Positions 10,147-29,129 of a stretch of DNA of 64,000 nt are shown here, in pieces (position 1 is the first letter of the stretch; each line of letters opens with the position of its first letter). Below the pieces are notes generated by a model. The model ran no database searches. It was given only the letters and a program-made list of their open reading frames with translations, and was not told where the DNA came from. The stretch is taken from positions 992,001 to 1,056,000 of the forward strand of contig NW_027590143.1 in the NCBI RefSeq assembly GCF_964213995.1, read 5' to 3'. Source of the stretch: Mustelus asterias (lineage: Eukaryota). Both the position numbers and the translations under genes were made by a program.

Positions 10147-11120
10147 GATACACACTGATCCACACACACACAGTGATAGACACTGACACACACACAGATT
10201 GATGCACACTGACCCACAAAAAGACACAGTGATAGACACTGACCCACACACACACAGTGATGCACACTGACCCCCCCCCCACACACACAGTGGTACAACC
10301 TGACCCACACACACACACAGTGACACTCACTGACACTCACACACACACACACACACAGTGATCCACACTGACACTCCGAAAAACAGTGATGCACACTGAC
10401 CCACACACACACAGTGATACACACTGACACACGCGCACAGTGATACACACTGACACACGCGCACAGTGATACACACTGACACACGCACACACAGTGATAC
10501 ACACTGACAAGCAGACACACAGTGATGCACACACACGCACAATGATACACACAGACCCACACTCACACAGTGATACACACTGACACACACACGCACACAC
10601 ACACTGATGCACAATGACACATCCCCCACCCACACACACACAGTGATGCACACTGGCACACACACACAGTGATACACACTAACACACAAACGCGCACACA
10701 CACACAGTGATACACACTGACACACACACACACATACACACTTTGAAGCACACTGACCCACACAAACACAGCGAGCGACACTGACCCACACACACAAACG
10801 GTGGTACACCCTGACCCACACACACACAGTGACACACACTGACAGACACACACACCCAGTGATACACATTGACCCACGCACACAAAGCGATGCACCCTGA
10901 CACACAGCCACACACACCTACACACACAGACACACACGCACAGTGATCCACGCTGACTCACACACACCCACACAGTGAAACACACTGATCCACACACAGA
11001 CAGTGATACATACTGACACACACACAGTGATTCACACTGGCCCACACACACAGTGATACTCACTGACCCACACACACACTGTGATGCACACTGACCCATA
11101 CACACAGAGTGATACATACT

Positions 11121-11154
<34 letters not shown>

Positions 11155-11257
11155 GATACAGACCGACACACGCACACACAGTGATAAACACTGACCCACA
11201 CACACCCAGTGATACACACTGACAGCCACATACACACACACACAGTGACACACACTG

Positions 11258-11294
<37 letters not shown>

Positions 11295-12627
11295 GATACA
11301 CTGTTGCGCACACACACTGATACACACACAGTGATACTCACTGGCCCACACACACACACAGTGATAGACACACACACACAATGATACACACAGACCCGCA
11401 CACACACAGTGATACACACTGACACACACACACACAGTGATACACACTGACCCACACACACACAGTGATACACAATGATCCACACACACACACAGTGATA
11501 CACACTGACACACACACAGTGATCCACACTGGCCCACAAACACTCAGTGTGACACACTGACACACACGCACACACACAATGGAACACACAGACCCGCACG
11601 CACACAGTGATACACACTGACACACACACAGTGATCCACACTGGCCCACACACACACAGTGTTACACAGTGGCTCACACACACACACAGAGTGATGCACA
11701 CTGACCCACACAAACACACAGTGATACACACTGACCCACTCACACACAGTGATAGACACTGACACACACACAGAGCGATGCACACTGACCCACAAAAAGA
11801 CACAGTGATACACACTGACCCACACACACACACAGTGATACACATTGACCCACACACACAAAGCGATGCACTCTGACACACAGGCACACACACCTACACA
11901 CACAGACACACACGCACAGTGATCCACGCTGACACACACACACACACACACAGTGAAACACACTGAACCACAGACACACAGTGATACATACTGACACACA
12001 CACAGTGATTCACACTGGCCCACACACACACAGTGATATTCACTGACCCACACACACACACTGTGATGCACACTGACACACACACACACACACACAGTGA
12101 TACACACTGGCTCACACACACAGTGATACACACCGACCCACACACACACAGTGATACACGCTGCCCCCCCCCCCCCACACACACACACAGTGACACACGC
12201 ACACACATGCACACACACAGTGATACTCACTGACACACACACACACACACTGTGATGCACAATGACCCCCACTCACAGAGTGATACACACTGACACACAC
12301 ACAAACACACACACAAACTGATACACACTGACACACACACACACACAGTGATACACACTGACACACGCACACACATTGATACGCACTGACAAGCAGTCAC
12401 AAAGTGATGCACACTGACCTACACGCGCACAGTGATACAGACTGACACATGCACACACAGTGATGAGCACTGACCCATACACACACAGTGGTACACACTG
12501 ACACACACACACACACACACAGAGTGATGCACACTGATCCACACACACACACAGTGATGCACACTGACCCACACACACACAGTGATACACACTGACAGCT
12601 ACAGGCACACACACAGTGACACACACT

Positions 12628-12659
<32 letters not shown>

Positions 12660-14672
12660 AAGTGATACTCACTGGCCCACGCACACACAGTGATGCACAC
12701 TGACACACACACACAGTGATGCACACTGACACACACACACAGTGATGCACACTGACACACACACACAGTGATGCACACTGACACACACACACAGTGATGC
12801 ACACTGACACACACACACAGTGATGCACACTGACACACACACACAGTGATGCACACTGACACACACACACACACACACAGTGATACACACTGACACACAC
12901 ACACACATTGATTCACACTGACACACACACACACAGTGGTACACCCTTACCCACACACACACAGTGATACGCACTGACACACACACGCATACAAACAGTG
13001 ATGCACACTGATCCACAGATACACACAGAGTGATGCACACTGACCCACACAAACACAGAGTGATACACACTAACCCACTCACACACAGTGCTAGACACTG
13101 GCACACATAGACAGTGATGCACATTAACCCACCCACCCACAGACACACACACAGTGATGCACACTGATCCACAGATACACACAGAGTGATGCACACTGAC
13201 CCACACAAACACACAGTGATACACACTAACCCACTCACACACAGTGCTAGACACTGACACACACAGACAGTGATGCACATTAACCCACCCACCCACACAC
13301 ACACACAGTGATGCACACTGACCCACAAAAACACACGGTGATACACACTGACCCACACACACACCGTGATGCACACTGACACACACACAAACACCTCCAG
13401 ACAAAGACATAGACGCAAAGTGATCCACACTGACTCTCTCTCACACACACACACACAGTGATACACACTGACCCACACACACACAGTGATACACACTGAA
13501 ACACGCACACACAGTGATACGCACTGACAAGCAGACACAAAGTGATGCACACTGACCCACACACAGTGATCCACACTGGCCCACAAACACTCAGTGTGAC
13601 ACACTGACACACACGCACACACACAATGGAACACACAGACCCGCACGCACACAGTGATACACACTGACACACACACAGTGATCCACACTGGCCCACACAC
13701 ACACAGTGTTACACAGTGGCTCACACACACACACAGAGTGATGCACACTGACCCACACAAACACACAGTGATACACACTGACCCACTCACACACAGTGAT
13801 AGACACTGACACACACACAGGGCGATGCACACTGACCCACAAAAAGACACAGTGATACACACTGACCCACACACACACACAGTGATACACATTGACCCAC
13901 ACACACAAAGCGATGCACTCTGACACACAGGCACACACACCTACACACACAGACACACACGCACAGTGATCCACGCTGACACACACACACACACACACAG
14001 TGAAACACACTGAACCACAGACACACAGTGATACATACTGACACACACACAGTGATTCACACTGGCCCACACACACACAGTGATATTCACTGACCCACAC
14101 ACACACACTGTGATGCACACTGACACACACACACACACACACAGTGATACACACTGGCTCACACACACAGTGATACACACCGACCCACACACACACAGTG
14201 ATACACGCTGCCCCCCCCCCCACACACACACACAGTGACACACGCACACACATGCACACACACAGTGATACTCACTGACACACACACACACACACTGTGA
14301 TGCACAATGACCCCCACTCACAGAGTGATACACACTGACACACACACAAACACACACACAAACTGATACACACTGACACACACACACACACAGTGATACA
14401 CACTGACACACGCACACACATTGATACGCACTGACAAGCAGTCACAAAGTGATGCACACTGACCTACACGCGCACAGTGATACAGACTGACACATGCACA
14501 CACAGTGATGAGCACTGACCCATACACACACAGTGGTACACACTGACACACACACACACACACACAGAGTGATGCACACTGATCCACACACACACACAGT
14601 GATGCACACTGACCCACACACACACAGTGATACACACTGACAGCTACAGGCACACACACAGTGACACACACT

Positions 14673-14704
<32 letters not shown>

Positions 14705-17031
14705 AAGTGATACTCACTGGCCCACGCACACACAGTGATGCACACTGACACACACACACAGTGATGCACACTGACACACACACACAGTGATGCACACTGA
14801 CACACACACACAGTGATGCACACTGACACACACACACAGTGATGCACACTGACACACACACACAGTGATGCACACTGACACACACACACAGTGATGCACA
14901 CTGACACACACACACACACACACAGTGATACACACTGACACACACACACACATTGATTCACACTGACACACACACACACAGTGGTACACCCTTACCCACA
15001 CACACACAGTGATACGCACTGACACACACACGCATACAAACAGTGATGCACACTGATCCACAGATACACACAGAGTGATGCACACTGACCCACACAAACA
15101 CAGAGTGATACACACTAACCCACTCACACACAGTGCTAGACACTGGCACACATAGACAGTGATGCACATTAACCCACCCACCCACAGACACACACACAGT
15201 GATGCACACTGATCCACAGATACACACAGAGTGATGCACACTGACCCACACAAACACACAGTGATACACACTAACCCACTCACACACAGTGCTAGACACT
15301 GACACACACAGACAGTGATGCACATTAACCCACCCACCCACACACACACACAGTGATGCACACTGACCCACAAAAACACACGGTGATACACACTGACCCA
15401 CACACACACCGTGATGCACACTGACACACACACAAACACCTCCAGACAAAGACATAGACGCAAAGTGATCCACACTGACTCTCTCACACACACACACACA
15501 CAGTGATACACACTGACCCACACACACACAGTGATACACACTGAAACACGCACACACAGTGATACGCACTGACAAGCAGACACAAAGTGATGCACACTGA
15601 CCCACACACGCACAGTGATACATACTGACACATGCACACACAGTGATACACACTGACTCACACACACACAGTGATACACACTGCCCCCGCACACACACAG
15701 TGACACGCACACACACACGCACACACAGTGATACACACTGATCCACACACAGTGATACACACTGACACACTCACACACAGTGATACTCACTGACCCACAC
15801 ACACACACTGTGATGCACACTGACACACACACACACTGTGATACACACTGACACACAGACACAGTGATACACACTGACACACACACACACAAACACACAC
15901 ACACATGCACACACACAGTGATACAAACTGATCCACACACACACAGTGATACACACTGACACACACAAAGTAATGCACACTGACAGCCACATGATCACAC
16001 ACACAGTGACACACACTGACACGCACACACACACACACAGTGACACACGCACACACACAGTGATACTCACTGACACACACACACACTGTGATGCACAATG
16101 ACCCCCACACACAGAGTGATACACACTGACACACACACAAACACACACACAAACTGATACACACTGACACACACACACACAGTGATACGCACTGACAAGC
16201 AGTCACAAAGTGATGCACACTGACCTACACGTGCACAGTGATACAGACTGACTCATGCACACACAGTGATGCACACTGACCCATACACACACAGTGATAC
16301 TCACTGGCCCACACACACACACACAGTGATACACACTGACACACACACACAATGATACACACAGACCCGCACACACACAGTGTAACACACTGACACACAC
16401 ACACACAGTGATACACACTGACCCACACACACACAGTGATACACAATGACCCACACACACAAAGCGATGCACCCTGACACACAGGCACACACACCTACAC
16501 ACACAGACACACACGCACAGTGATCCACGCTGACCCACACACACACACAGTGATACATACTGACACACACACAGTGATTCACACTGGCCCACACACACAC
16601 AGTGATATTCACTGACCCGCACACACACACTGTGATGCACACTGACACACACACACACACACAGTGATACACACTGGCACACACACACACACACAGTGAT
16701 ACACACTGACCCCCACACACACACACAGTGATACACGCTGCCACCCCCACACACACACACACAGTGACACACGCACACACACAGTGATACTCACTGACAC
16801 ACACACACACTGTGATGCACAATGACCCTCACTCACAGAGTGATACACACTGACACACACACAAACACACACACAAACTGATACACACTGACACACACAC
16901 ACACACAGTGATACGCACTGACAAGCAGTCACAAAGTGATGCACACTGACCTACACGTGCACAGTGATACAGACTGACTCATGCACACACAGTGATGAAC
17001 ACTGACCCATACACACACAGTGATACACACT

Positions 17032-17085
<54 letters not shown>

Positions 17086-17997
17086 GATACACACTGATCC
17101 ACACACACACAGTGATAGACACTGACACACACACAGATTGATGCACACTGACCCACAAAAAGACACAGTGATAGACACTGACCCACACACACACAGTGAT
17201 GCACACTGACCCCCCCCACACACACAGTGGTACAACCTGACCCACACACACACACAGTGACACTCACTGACACTCACACACACACACACACACACAGTGA
17301 TCCACACTGACACTCCGAAAAACAGTGATGCACACTGACCCACACACACACAGTGATACACACTGACACACGCGCACAGTGATACACACTGACACACGCG
17401 CACAGTGATACACACTGACACACGCACACACAGTGATACACACTGACAAGCAGACACACAGTGATGCACACACACGCACAATGATACACACAGACCCACA
17501 CTCACACAGTGATACACACTGACACACACACGCACACACACACTGATGCACAATGACACATCCCCCACCCACACACACACAGTGATGCACACTGACACAC
17601 ACACACACACATACACACTTTGAAGCACACTGACCCACACAAACACAGCGAGCGACACTGACCCACACACACAAACGGTGGTACACCCTGACCCACACAC
17701 ACACAGTGACACACACTGACAGACACACACACCCAGTGATACACATTGACCCACGCACACAAAGCGATGCACCCTGACACACAGGCACACACACCTACAC
17801 ACACAGACACACACGCACAGTGATCCACGCTGACTCACACACACCCACACAGTGAAACACACTGATCCACACACACACAGTGATACATACTGACACACAC
17901 ACAGTGATTCACACTGGCCCACACACACAGTGATACTCACTGACCCACACACACACTGTGATGCACACTGACCCATACACACAGAGTGATACATACT

Positions 17998-18037
<40 letters not shown>

Positions 18038-18140
18038 GATACAGACCGACACACGCACACACAGTGATAAACACTGACCCACACACACACAGTGATACAC
18101 ACTGACAGCCACATACACACACACACAGTGACACACACTG

Positions 18141-18181
<41 letters not shown>

Positions 18182-19510
18182 GATACACTGTTGCGCACAC
18201 ACACTGATACACACACAATGATACTCACTGGCCCACACACACACACACAGTGATAGACACACACACACAATGATACACACAGACCCGCACACACACAGTG
18301 ATACACACTGACACACACACACACAGTGATACACACTGACCCACACACACACAGTGATACACAATGATCCACACACACACACAGTGATACACACTGACAC
18401 ACACACAGTGATCCACACTGGCCCACAAACACTCAGTGTGACACACTGACACACACGCACACACACAATGGAACACACAGACCCGCACGCACACAGTGAT
18501 ACACACTGACACACACACAGTGATCCACACTGGCCCACACACACACAGTGTTACACAGTGGCTCACACACACACACAGAGTGATGCACACTGACCCACAC
18601 AAACACACAGTGATACACACTGACCCACTCACACACAGTGATAGACACTGACACACACACAGGGCGATGCACACTGACCCACAAAAAGACACAGTGATAC
18701 ACACTGACCCACACACACACACAGTGATACACATTGACCCACACACACAAAGCGATGCACTCTGACACACAGGCACACACACCTACACACACAGACACAC
18801 ACGCACAGTGATCCACGCTGACACACACACACACACACACAGTGAAACACACTGAACCACAGACACACAGTGATACATACTGACACACACACAGTGATTC
18901 ACACTGGCCCACACACACACAGTGATATTCACTGACCCACACACACACACTGTGATGCACACTGACACACACACACACACAGTGATACACTCTGGCTCAC
19001 ACACACAGTGATACACACCGACCCACACACACACAGTGATACACGCTGCCCCCCCCCCCACACACACACACAGTGACACACGCACACACATGCACACACA
19101 CAGTGATACTCACTGACACACACACACACACACTGTGATGCACAATGACCCCCACTCACAGAGTGATACACACTGACACACACACAAACACACACACAAA
19201 CTGATACACACTGACACACACACACACACAGTGATACACACTGACACACGCACACACATTGATACGCACTGACAAGCAGTCACAAAGTGATGCACACTGA
19301 CCTACACGCGCACAGTGATACAGACTGACACATGCACACACAGTGATGAGCACTGACCCATACACACACAGTGGTACACACTGACACACACACACACACA
19401 CACAGAGTGATGCACACTGATCCACACACACACACAGTGATGCACACTGACCCACACACACACAGTGATACACACTGACAGCTACAGGCACACACACAGT
19501 GACACACACT

Positions 19511-19542
<32 letters not shown>

Positions 19543-22500
19543 AAGTGATACTCACTGGCCCACGCACACACAGTGATGCACACTGACACACACACACAGT
19601 GATGCACACTGACACACACACACACACACACAGTGATACACACTGACACACACACACACATTGATTCACACTGACACACACACACACAGTGGTACACCCT
19701 TACCCACACACACACAGTGATACGCACTGACACACACACGCATACAAACAGTGATGCACACTGATCCACAGATACACACAGAGTGATGCACACTGACCCA
19801 CACAAACACAGAGTGATACACACTAACCCACTCACACACAGTGCTAGACACTGGCACACATAGACAGTGATGCACATTAACCCACCCACCCACAGACACA
19901 CACACAGTGATGCACACTGATCCACAGATACACACAGAGTGATGCACACTGACCCACACAAACACACAGTGATACACACTAACCCACTCACACACAGTGC
20001 TAGACACTGACACACACAGACAGTGATGCACATTAACCCACCCACCCACACACACACACAGTGATGCACACTGACCCACAAAAACACACGGTGATACACA
20101 CTGACCCACACACACACCGTGATGCACACTGACACACACACAAACACCTCCAGACAAAGACATAGACGCAAAGTGATCCACACTGACTCTCTCTCACACA
20201 CACACACACAGTGATACACACTGACCCACACACACACAGTGATACACACTGAAACACGCACACACAGTGATACGCACTGACAAGCAGACACAAAGTGATG
20301 CACACTGACCCACACACGCACAGTGATACATACTGACACATGCACACACAGTGATACACACTGACTCACACACACACAGTGATACACACTGCCCCCGCAC
20401 ACACACAGTGACACGCACACACACACGCACACACAGTGATACACACTGATCCACACACAGTGATACACACTGACACACTCACACACAGTGATACTCACTG
20501 ACCCACACACACACACTGTGATGCACACTGACACACACACACACTGTGATACACACTGACACACAGACACAGTGATACACACTGACACACACACACACAA
20601 ACACACACACACATGCACACACACAGTGATACAAACTGATCCACACACACACAGTGATACACACTGACACACACAAAGTAATGCACACTGACAGCCACAT
20701 GATCACACACACAGTGACACACACTGACACGCACACACACACAGTGATACACACTGATCCACACACACACAGTGATAGACACTGACACACACACAGAGTG
20801 ATGCACACTGACCCACAAAAAGACACAGTGATACACACTGACCCACACACACACAGTGATGCACACTGACCCCCCCCACAGTGGTACAACCTGACCCACA
20901 CACACACACAGTGACACTCACTGACACTCACACACACACACACACACAGTGATCCACACTGACACTCCGAAAAACAGTGATGCACACTGACCCACACACA
21001 CACAGTGATACACACTAACACACGCACACACAGTGATACACACTGACAAGCAGACACACAGTGATGCACACACACGCACAATGATACACACAGACCCACA
21101 CTCACACAGTGATACACACTGACACACACGCACACACACACAGTGATGCACACTGACGCACACACACACAGTGATGCACACTGACACACACACACACACA
21201 GTGATACACACTGACACACACACACACACACAGTGATTCACACTGTCACACACACACACAGTGATACACACTGACACACAGACACACAGTGATACACACT
21301 GACCCACACACACAGTGATACACACTGACGCACACACAAACACACACACACACAGACACACACACGCACACACAGTGATGCACAATGACACACCGCCCAC
21401 CCACNNNNNNNNNNNNNNNNNNNNNNNNNNNNNNNNNNNNNNNNNNNNNNNNNNNNNNNNNNNNNNNNNNNNNNNNNNNNNNNNNNNNNNNNNNNNNNNN
21501 NNNNNNNNNNNNNNNNNNNNNNNNNNNNNNNNNNAAACACAAACACAGCGATCTCCACTGACCCACACACAAACAGTGGTACACCCTGACCCACACACAC
21601 ACAGTGACACACACTGACAGACACACACACACAGTGATACACATTGACCCACGCACACAAAGCGATGCAACCTGACACACAGGCACACACACCTACACAC
21701 ACAGACACACACGCACAGTGATCCACGCTGACTCACACACACAGTGAAACACACTGATCCACACACACACAGTGATACATACTGACACACACACAGTGAT
21801 TCACACTGGCCCACACACACAGTGATACTCACTGACCCACACACACACACTGTGATGCACACTGACCCACACACACAGAGTGATACATACTGACACAGAC
21901 ACACACACACGCTCACACACAGTGATGCACAATGACACCCCCCACCCACACACACACAGTGATGCACACTGACACACACACACAGAGTGATACACACTAA
22001 CACACAAACGCACACACACACACAGTGATACACACTGACACACACACACACACACACACTTTGAAGCACACTGACCCACACAAACACAGCGATCGACACT
22101 GACCCACACACACAAACAGTGGTACACCCTGACCCACACACACACAGTGACACACACTGACAGACACACACACACACAGTGATACACATTGACCCACGCA
22201 CACAAAGCGATGCACCCTGACACACAGGCACACACACCTACACACACAGACACACACGCACAGTGATCCACGCTGACTCACACACACACACACAGTGAAA
22301 CACACTGATCCACACACACACAGTGATACATACTGACACACACACAGTGATTCACACTGGCCCACACACACAGTGATACTCACTGACCCACACACACACT
22401 GTGATGCACACTGACCCATACACACAGAGTGATACATACTGACACACACACACACACACACACTGTGATACACACTGGCACACGCACACACAGTGATACG

Positions 22501-22653
22501 CACTGACAAGCAGACACAAAGTGATGCACACAGACCTACATGCTCACAGTGATACAGACTGACGCACGCACACACAGTGATAAACACTGACCCACACACA
22601 CACAGTGATACACACTGACAGCCACATACACACACACACAGTGACACACACTG

Positions 22654-22684
<31 letters not shown>

Positions 22685-24109
22685 GTGATACACTGTTGCG
22701 CACACACACTGATACACACACAGTGATACTCACTGGCCCACACACACACACAGTGATAGACACACACACACAATGATACACACAGACCCGCACACACACA
22801 GTGATACACACTGACACACACACACACAGTGATACACACTGACCCACACACACACAGTGATACACAATGATCCACACACACACACAGTGATACACACTGA
22901 CACACACACAGTGATCCACACTGGCCCACAAACACTCAGTGTGACACACTGACACACACGCACACACACAATGGTACACACAGACCCGCACGCACACAGT
23001 GATACACACTGACACACACACAGTGATCCACACTGGCCCACACACACACGGTGTTACACAGTGGCTCACACACACACACAGAGTGATGCACACTGACCCA
23101 CACAAACACACAGTGATACACACTGACCCACTCACACACAGTGATAGACACTGACACACACACAGAGCGATGCACACTGAACAACAAAAAGACACAGTGA
23201 TACACACTGACCCACACACACACACAGTGATGCACACTGACCCCCCCCACACACACAGAGTGGTACAACCTGACCCACACACACACACAGTGACACTCAC
23301 TGACACTCACACACACACACACACACACAGTGATCCACACTGACACTCGGAAAAACAGTGATGCACACTGACCCCCACACACACAGTGATACACACTGAC
23401 ACACGCACACACAGTGATACACACTGACAAGCAGACACACATTGATGCACACACGCGCACAATGATACACACAGACCCACACACACACAGTGATACTCAC
23501 TGGCACACACGCAAACACACACAGTGCTGCACACTGATGCACACACACACAGTGATGCACACTGACACACACACACACACACACAGTGATACACACTGAC
23601 ACACAAACACACAGTGATTCACACTGTCACACACACACACAGTGATACACACTGACACACAGACACACAGTGATACACGCTGACCCACACACACAGTGAT
23701 ACACACTGACGCACACACAAACACACACACCCACACACACACACACGCACGCACGCACACACACAGTGATGCACAATGACACCCCCCACCCACACAAACA
23801 CAGTGATGCACACTGACACACACACACAAAGTGATACACACTAACACACAAACGCAGACACACACACTGTGATACACACTGACACACACACTTTGAAGCA
23901 CACTGACCCACACAAACACAGCGATCGACACTGACCCACACACACAAACAGTGGTACACCCTGACCCACACGCACACAGTGACACACACTGACAGACACA
24001 CACACACACACAGTGATACACATTGACCCACACACACAAAGCGATGCACCCTGACACACAGGCACACACACCTACACACACAGACACACACGCACAGTGA
24101 TCCACGCTG

Positions 24110-24140
<31 letters not shown>

Positions 24141-27100
24141 GAAACACACTGAACCACAGACACACAGTGATACATACTGACACACACACAGTGATTCACA
24201 CTGGCCCACACACACACAGTGATATTCACTGACCCACACACACACACTGTGATGCACACTGACACACACACACACACACAGTGATACACACTGGCTCACA
24301 CACACAGTGATACACACTGACCCACACACATACAGTGATACACGCTGCCCCCCCCACACACACACAGTGACACACGCACACACATGCACACACACAGTGA
24401 TACTCACTGACACACACACACACACACTGTGATGCACAATGACCCCCACTCACAGAGTGATACACACTGACACACACACAAACACACACACAAACTGATA
24501 CACACTGACACACACACACACACAGTGATACACACTGACACACGCATACACATTGATACGCACTGACAAGCAGTCACAACGTGATGCACACTGACCTACA
24601 CGCGCACAGTGATACAGACTGACACATGCACACACAGTGATGAGCACTGACCCATACACACACAGTGGTACACACTGACACACACACACACACACACACA
24701 CAGAGTGATGCACACTGATCCACACACACACACAGTGATGCACACCGACCCACACACACACAGTGATACACACTGACAGCCACAGGCACACACACAGTGA
24801 CACACACTGACACACACACACACACACACACACACAAAGTGATACTCACTGGCCCACGCACACACAGTGATGCACACTGACACACACACAAGTGATGCAC
24901 ACTGACACACACACACACACACAGTGATACACACTGACACACACACACACATTGATTCACACTGACACACACACACACAGTGGTACACCCTTACCCACAC
25001 ACACACAGTGATACGCACTGACACACACACGCATACAAACAGTGATGCACACTGATCCACAGATACACACAGAGTGATGCACACTGACCCACACAAACAC
25101 AGAGTGATACACACTAACCCACTCACACACAGTGCTAGACACTGGCACACATAGACAGTGATGCACATTAACCCACCCACCCACAGACACACACACAGTG
25201 ATGCACACTGATCCACAGATACACACAGAGTGATGCACACTGACCCACACAAACACACAGTGATACACACTAACCCACTCACACACAGTGCTAGACACTG
25301 ACACACACAGACAGTGATGCACATTAACCCACCCACCCACACACACACACAGTGATGCACACTGACCCACAAAAACACACGGTGATACACACTGACCCAC
25401 ACACACACCGTGATGCACACTGACACACACACAAACACCTCCAGACAAAGACATACACGCAAAGTGATCCACACTGACTCTCACACACACACACACACAG
25501 TGATACACACTGACCCACACACACACAGTGATACACACTGAAACACGCACACACAGTGATACGCACTGACAAGCAGACACAAAGTGATGCACACTGACCC
25601 ACACACGCACAGTGATACATACTGACACATGCACACACAGTGATACACACTGACTCACACACACACAGTGATACACACTGCCCCCGCACACACACAGTGA
25701 CACGCACACACACACGCACACACAGTGATACACACTGATCCACACACAGTGATACACACTGACACACTCACACACAGTGATACTCACTGACCCACACACA
25801 CACACTGTGATGCACACTGACACACACACACACTGTGATACACACTGACACACAGACACAGTGATACACACTGACACACACACACACAAACACACACACA
25901 CATGCACACACACAGTGATACAAACTGATCCACACACACACAGTGATACACACTGACACACACAAAGTAATGCACACTGACAGCCACATGATCACACACA
26001 CAGTGACACACACTGACACGCACAAACACACACACAGTGATACACACTGATCCACACACACACAGTGATAGACACTGACACACACACAGAGTGATGCACA
26101 CTGACCCACAAAAAGACACAGTGATACACACTGACCCACACACACACAGTGATGCACACTGACCCCCCCCACAGTGGTACAACCTGACCCACACACACAC
26201 ACAGTGACACTCACTGACACTCACACACACACACACACACACAGTGATCCACACTGACACTCCGAAAAACAGTGATGCACACTGACCCACACACACACAG
26301 TGATACACACTGACACACGCACACACAGTGATACACACTGACAAGCAGACACACAGTGATGCACACACACGCACAATGATACACACAGACCCACACTCAC
26401 ACAGTGATACACACTGACACACACGCACACACACACAGTGATGCACACTGACGCACACACACACAGTGATGCACACTGACACACACACACACACAGTGAT
26501 ACACACTGACACACACACACACACACAGTGATTCACACTGTCACACACACACACAGTGATACACACTGACACACAGACACACAGTGATACACACTGACCC
26601 ACACACACAGTGATACACACTGACGCACACACAAACACACACACACACAGACACACACACGCACACACAGTGATGCACAATGACACACCCCCCNNNNNNN
26701 NNNNNNNNNNNNNNNNNNNNNNNNNNNNNNNNNNNNNNNNNNNNNNNNNNNNNNNNNNNNNNNNNNNNNNNNNNNNNNNNNNNNNNNNNNNNNNNNNNNN
26801 NNNNNNNNNNNNNNNNNNNNNNNNNNNNNNNNCAAACACAGCGATCTACACTGACCCACACACAAACAGTGGTACACCCTGACCCACACACACACAGTGA
26901 CACACACTGACAGACACACACACACAGTGATACACATTGACCCACGCACACAAAGCGATGCAACCTGACACACAGGCACACACACCTACACACACAGACA
27001 CACACGCACAGTGATCCACGCTGACTCACACACACAGTGAAACACACTGATCCACACACACACAGTGATACATACTGACACACACACAGTGATTCACACT

Positions 27101-29096
27101 GGCCCACACACACAGTGATACTCACTGACCCACACACACACACTGTGATGCACACTGAACCACACACACAGAGTGATACATACTGACACAGACACACACA
27201 CACACACACACGCTCACACACAGTGATGCACAATGACACCCCCCACCCACACACACACAGTGATGCACACTGACACACACACACAGAGTGATACACACTA
27301 ACACACAAACGCACACACACACACTGTGATACACACTGACACACACACTCACACACACACTTTGAAGCACACTGACCCACCCAAACACAGCGATCGACAC
27401 TGACCCACACACACAAACAGTGGTACACCCTGACCCACACACACACAGTGACACACACTGACAGACACACACACGCACAGTGATCCACGCTGACTCACAC
27501 ACACACACAGTGAAACACACTGAACCACACACACACAGTGATACATACTGACACACACACAGTGATTCACACTGGCCCACACACACACAGTGATATTCAC
27601 TGACCCACACACACACACTGTGATGCACACTGACACACACACACACACACACAGTGATACACACTGGCACACACACAGTGATACACACTGACCCACACAC
27701 ACACAGTGATACACGCTGCCCCCCCCCACACACACAGTGACACACGCACACACACAGTGATACTCACTGACACACATACACACACTGTGATGCACAATGA
27801 CCCCCACTCACAGAGTGATACACACTGACACACACACAAACACACACACAAACTGATACACACTGACACACACACACACACAGTGATACACACTGACACA
27901 CGCACACACATTGATACGCACTGACAAGCAGTCACAAAGTGATGCACACTGACCTACACGCGCACAGTGATACAGACTGACACATGCACACACAGTGATG
28001 AACACTGACCCATACACACACAGTGATACACACTGACACACACACACACACACACAGAGTGATGCACACTGATCCACACACACACACAGTGATGCACACT
28101 GACCCACACACACACAGTGATACACACTGACACACACACACACACACAGTGATACGCACTCACAAGCAGACACAAAGTGATGCACACTGACCTACACGCG
28201 CACAGTGATACAGACTGACACATGCACACACAGTGATGAACACTGACCCATACACACACAGTGATACACACTGACACACACACACACACAGACTGATGCA
28301 CACTGATCCACACACACACACAGTGATGCACACTGACCCACACACACACAGTGATACACACTGACAGCCACAGGCACACACAGTGACACACACAGACACA
28401 CACACACACACACACACACAGTGATACTCACTGGCCCACACACACACACAGTGATGCACCCTGACACACACACACACAGTGATGCACACGGACACACACA
28501 CACACACACAGTGATACACACTGACACACACACACACATTGATTCACACTGACACACACACACAGTGGTACACCCTTACCCACACACACACAGTGATACG
28601 CACTGACACACACACGCATACAAACAGTGATGCACACTGATCCACAGATACACACAGAGTGATGCACACTGACCCACACAAACACACAGTGATACACACT
28701 AACCCACTCACACACAGTGCTAGACACTGACACACACAGACAGTGATGCACATCAACCCACCCACCCACACACACACAGTGATGCACACTGACCCACAAA
28801 AACACACGGTGATACACACTGACCCACACACACACCGTGATGCACACTGACACACACACAAACACCTCCAGACAAAGACATACACGCAAAGTGATCCACA
28901 CTGACTCTTAAATCACACACACACACACAGTGATACACACTGACCCACACACACACAGTGATACACACTGAAACACGCACACACAGTGATACGCACTGAC
29001 AAGCAGACACAAAGTGATGCACACTGACCCACACACGCACAGTGATACATACTGACACACGCACACACAGTGATACACACTGACACACACACCTAC

Positions 29097-29129
<33 letters not shown>

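Noticed and set aside
13304-13333. CACAGTG with the 8/9 nonamer ACAAAAACA
   Set aside because: The spacer to that nonamer is 14 nt, outside 12+/-1. Only the weaker 12-nt register was counted.
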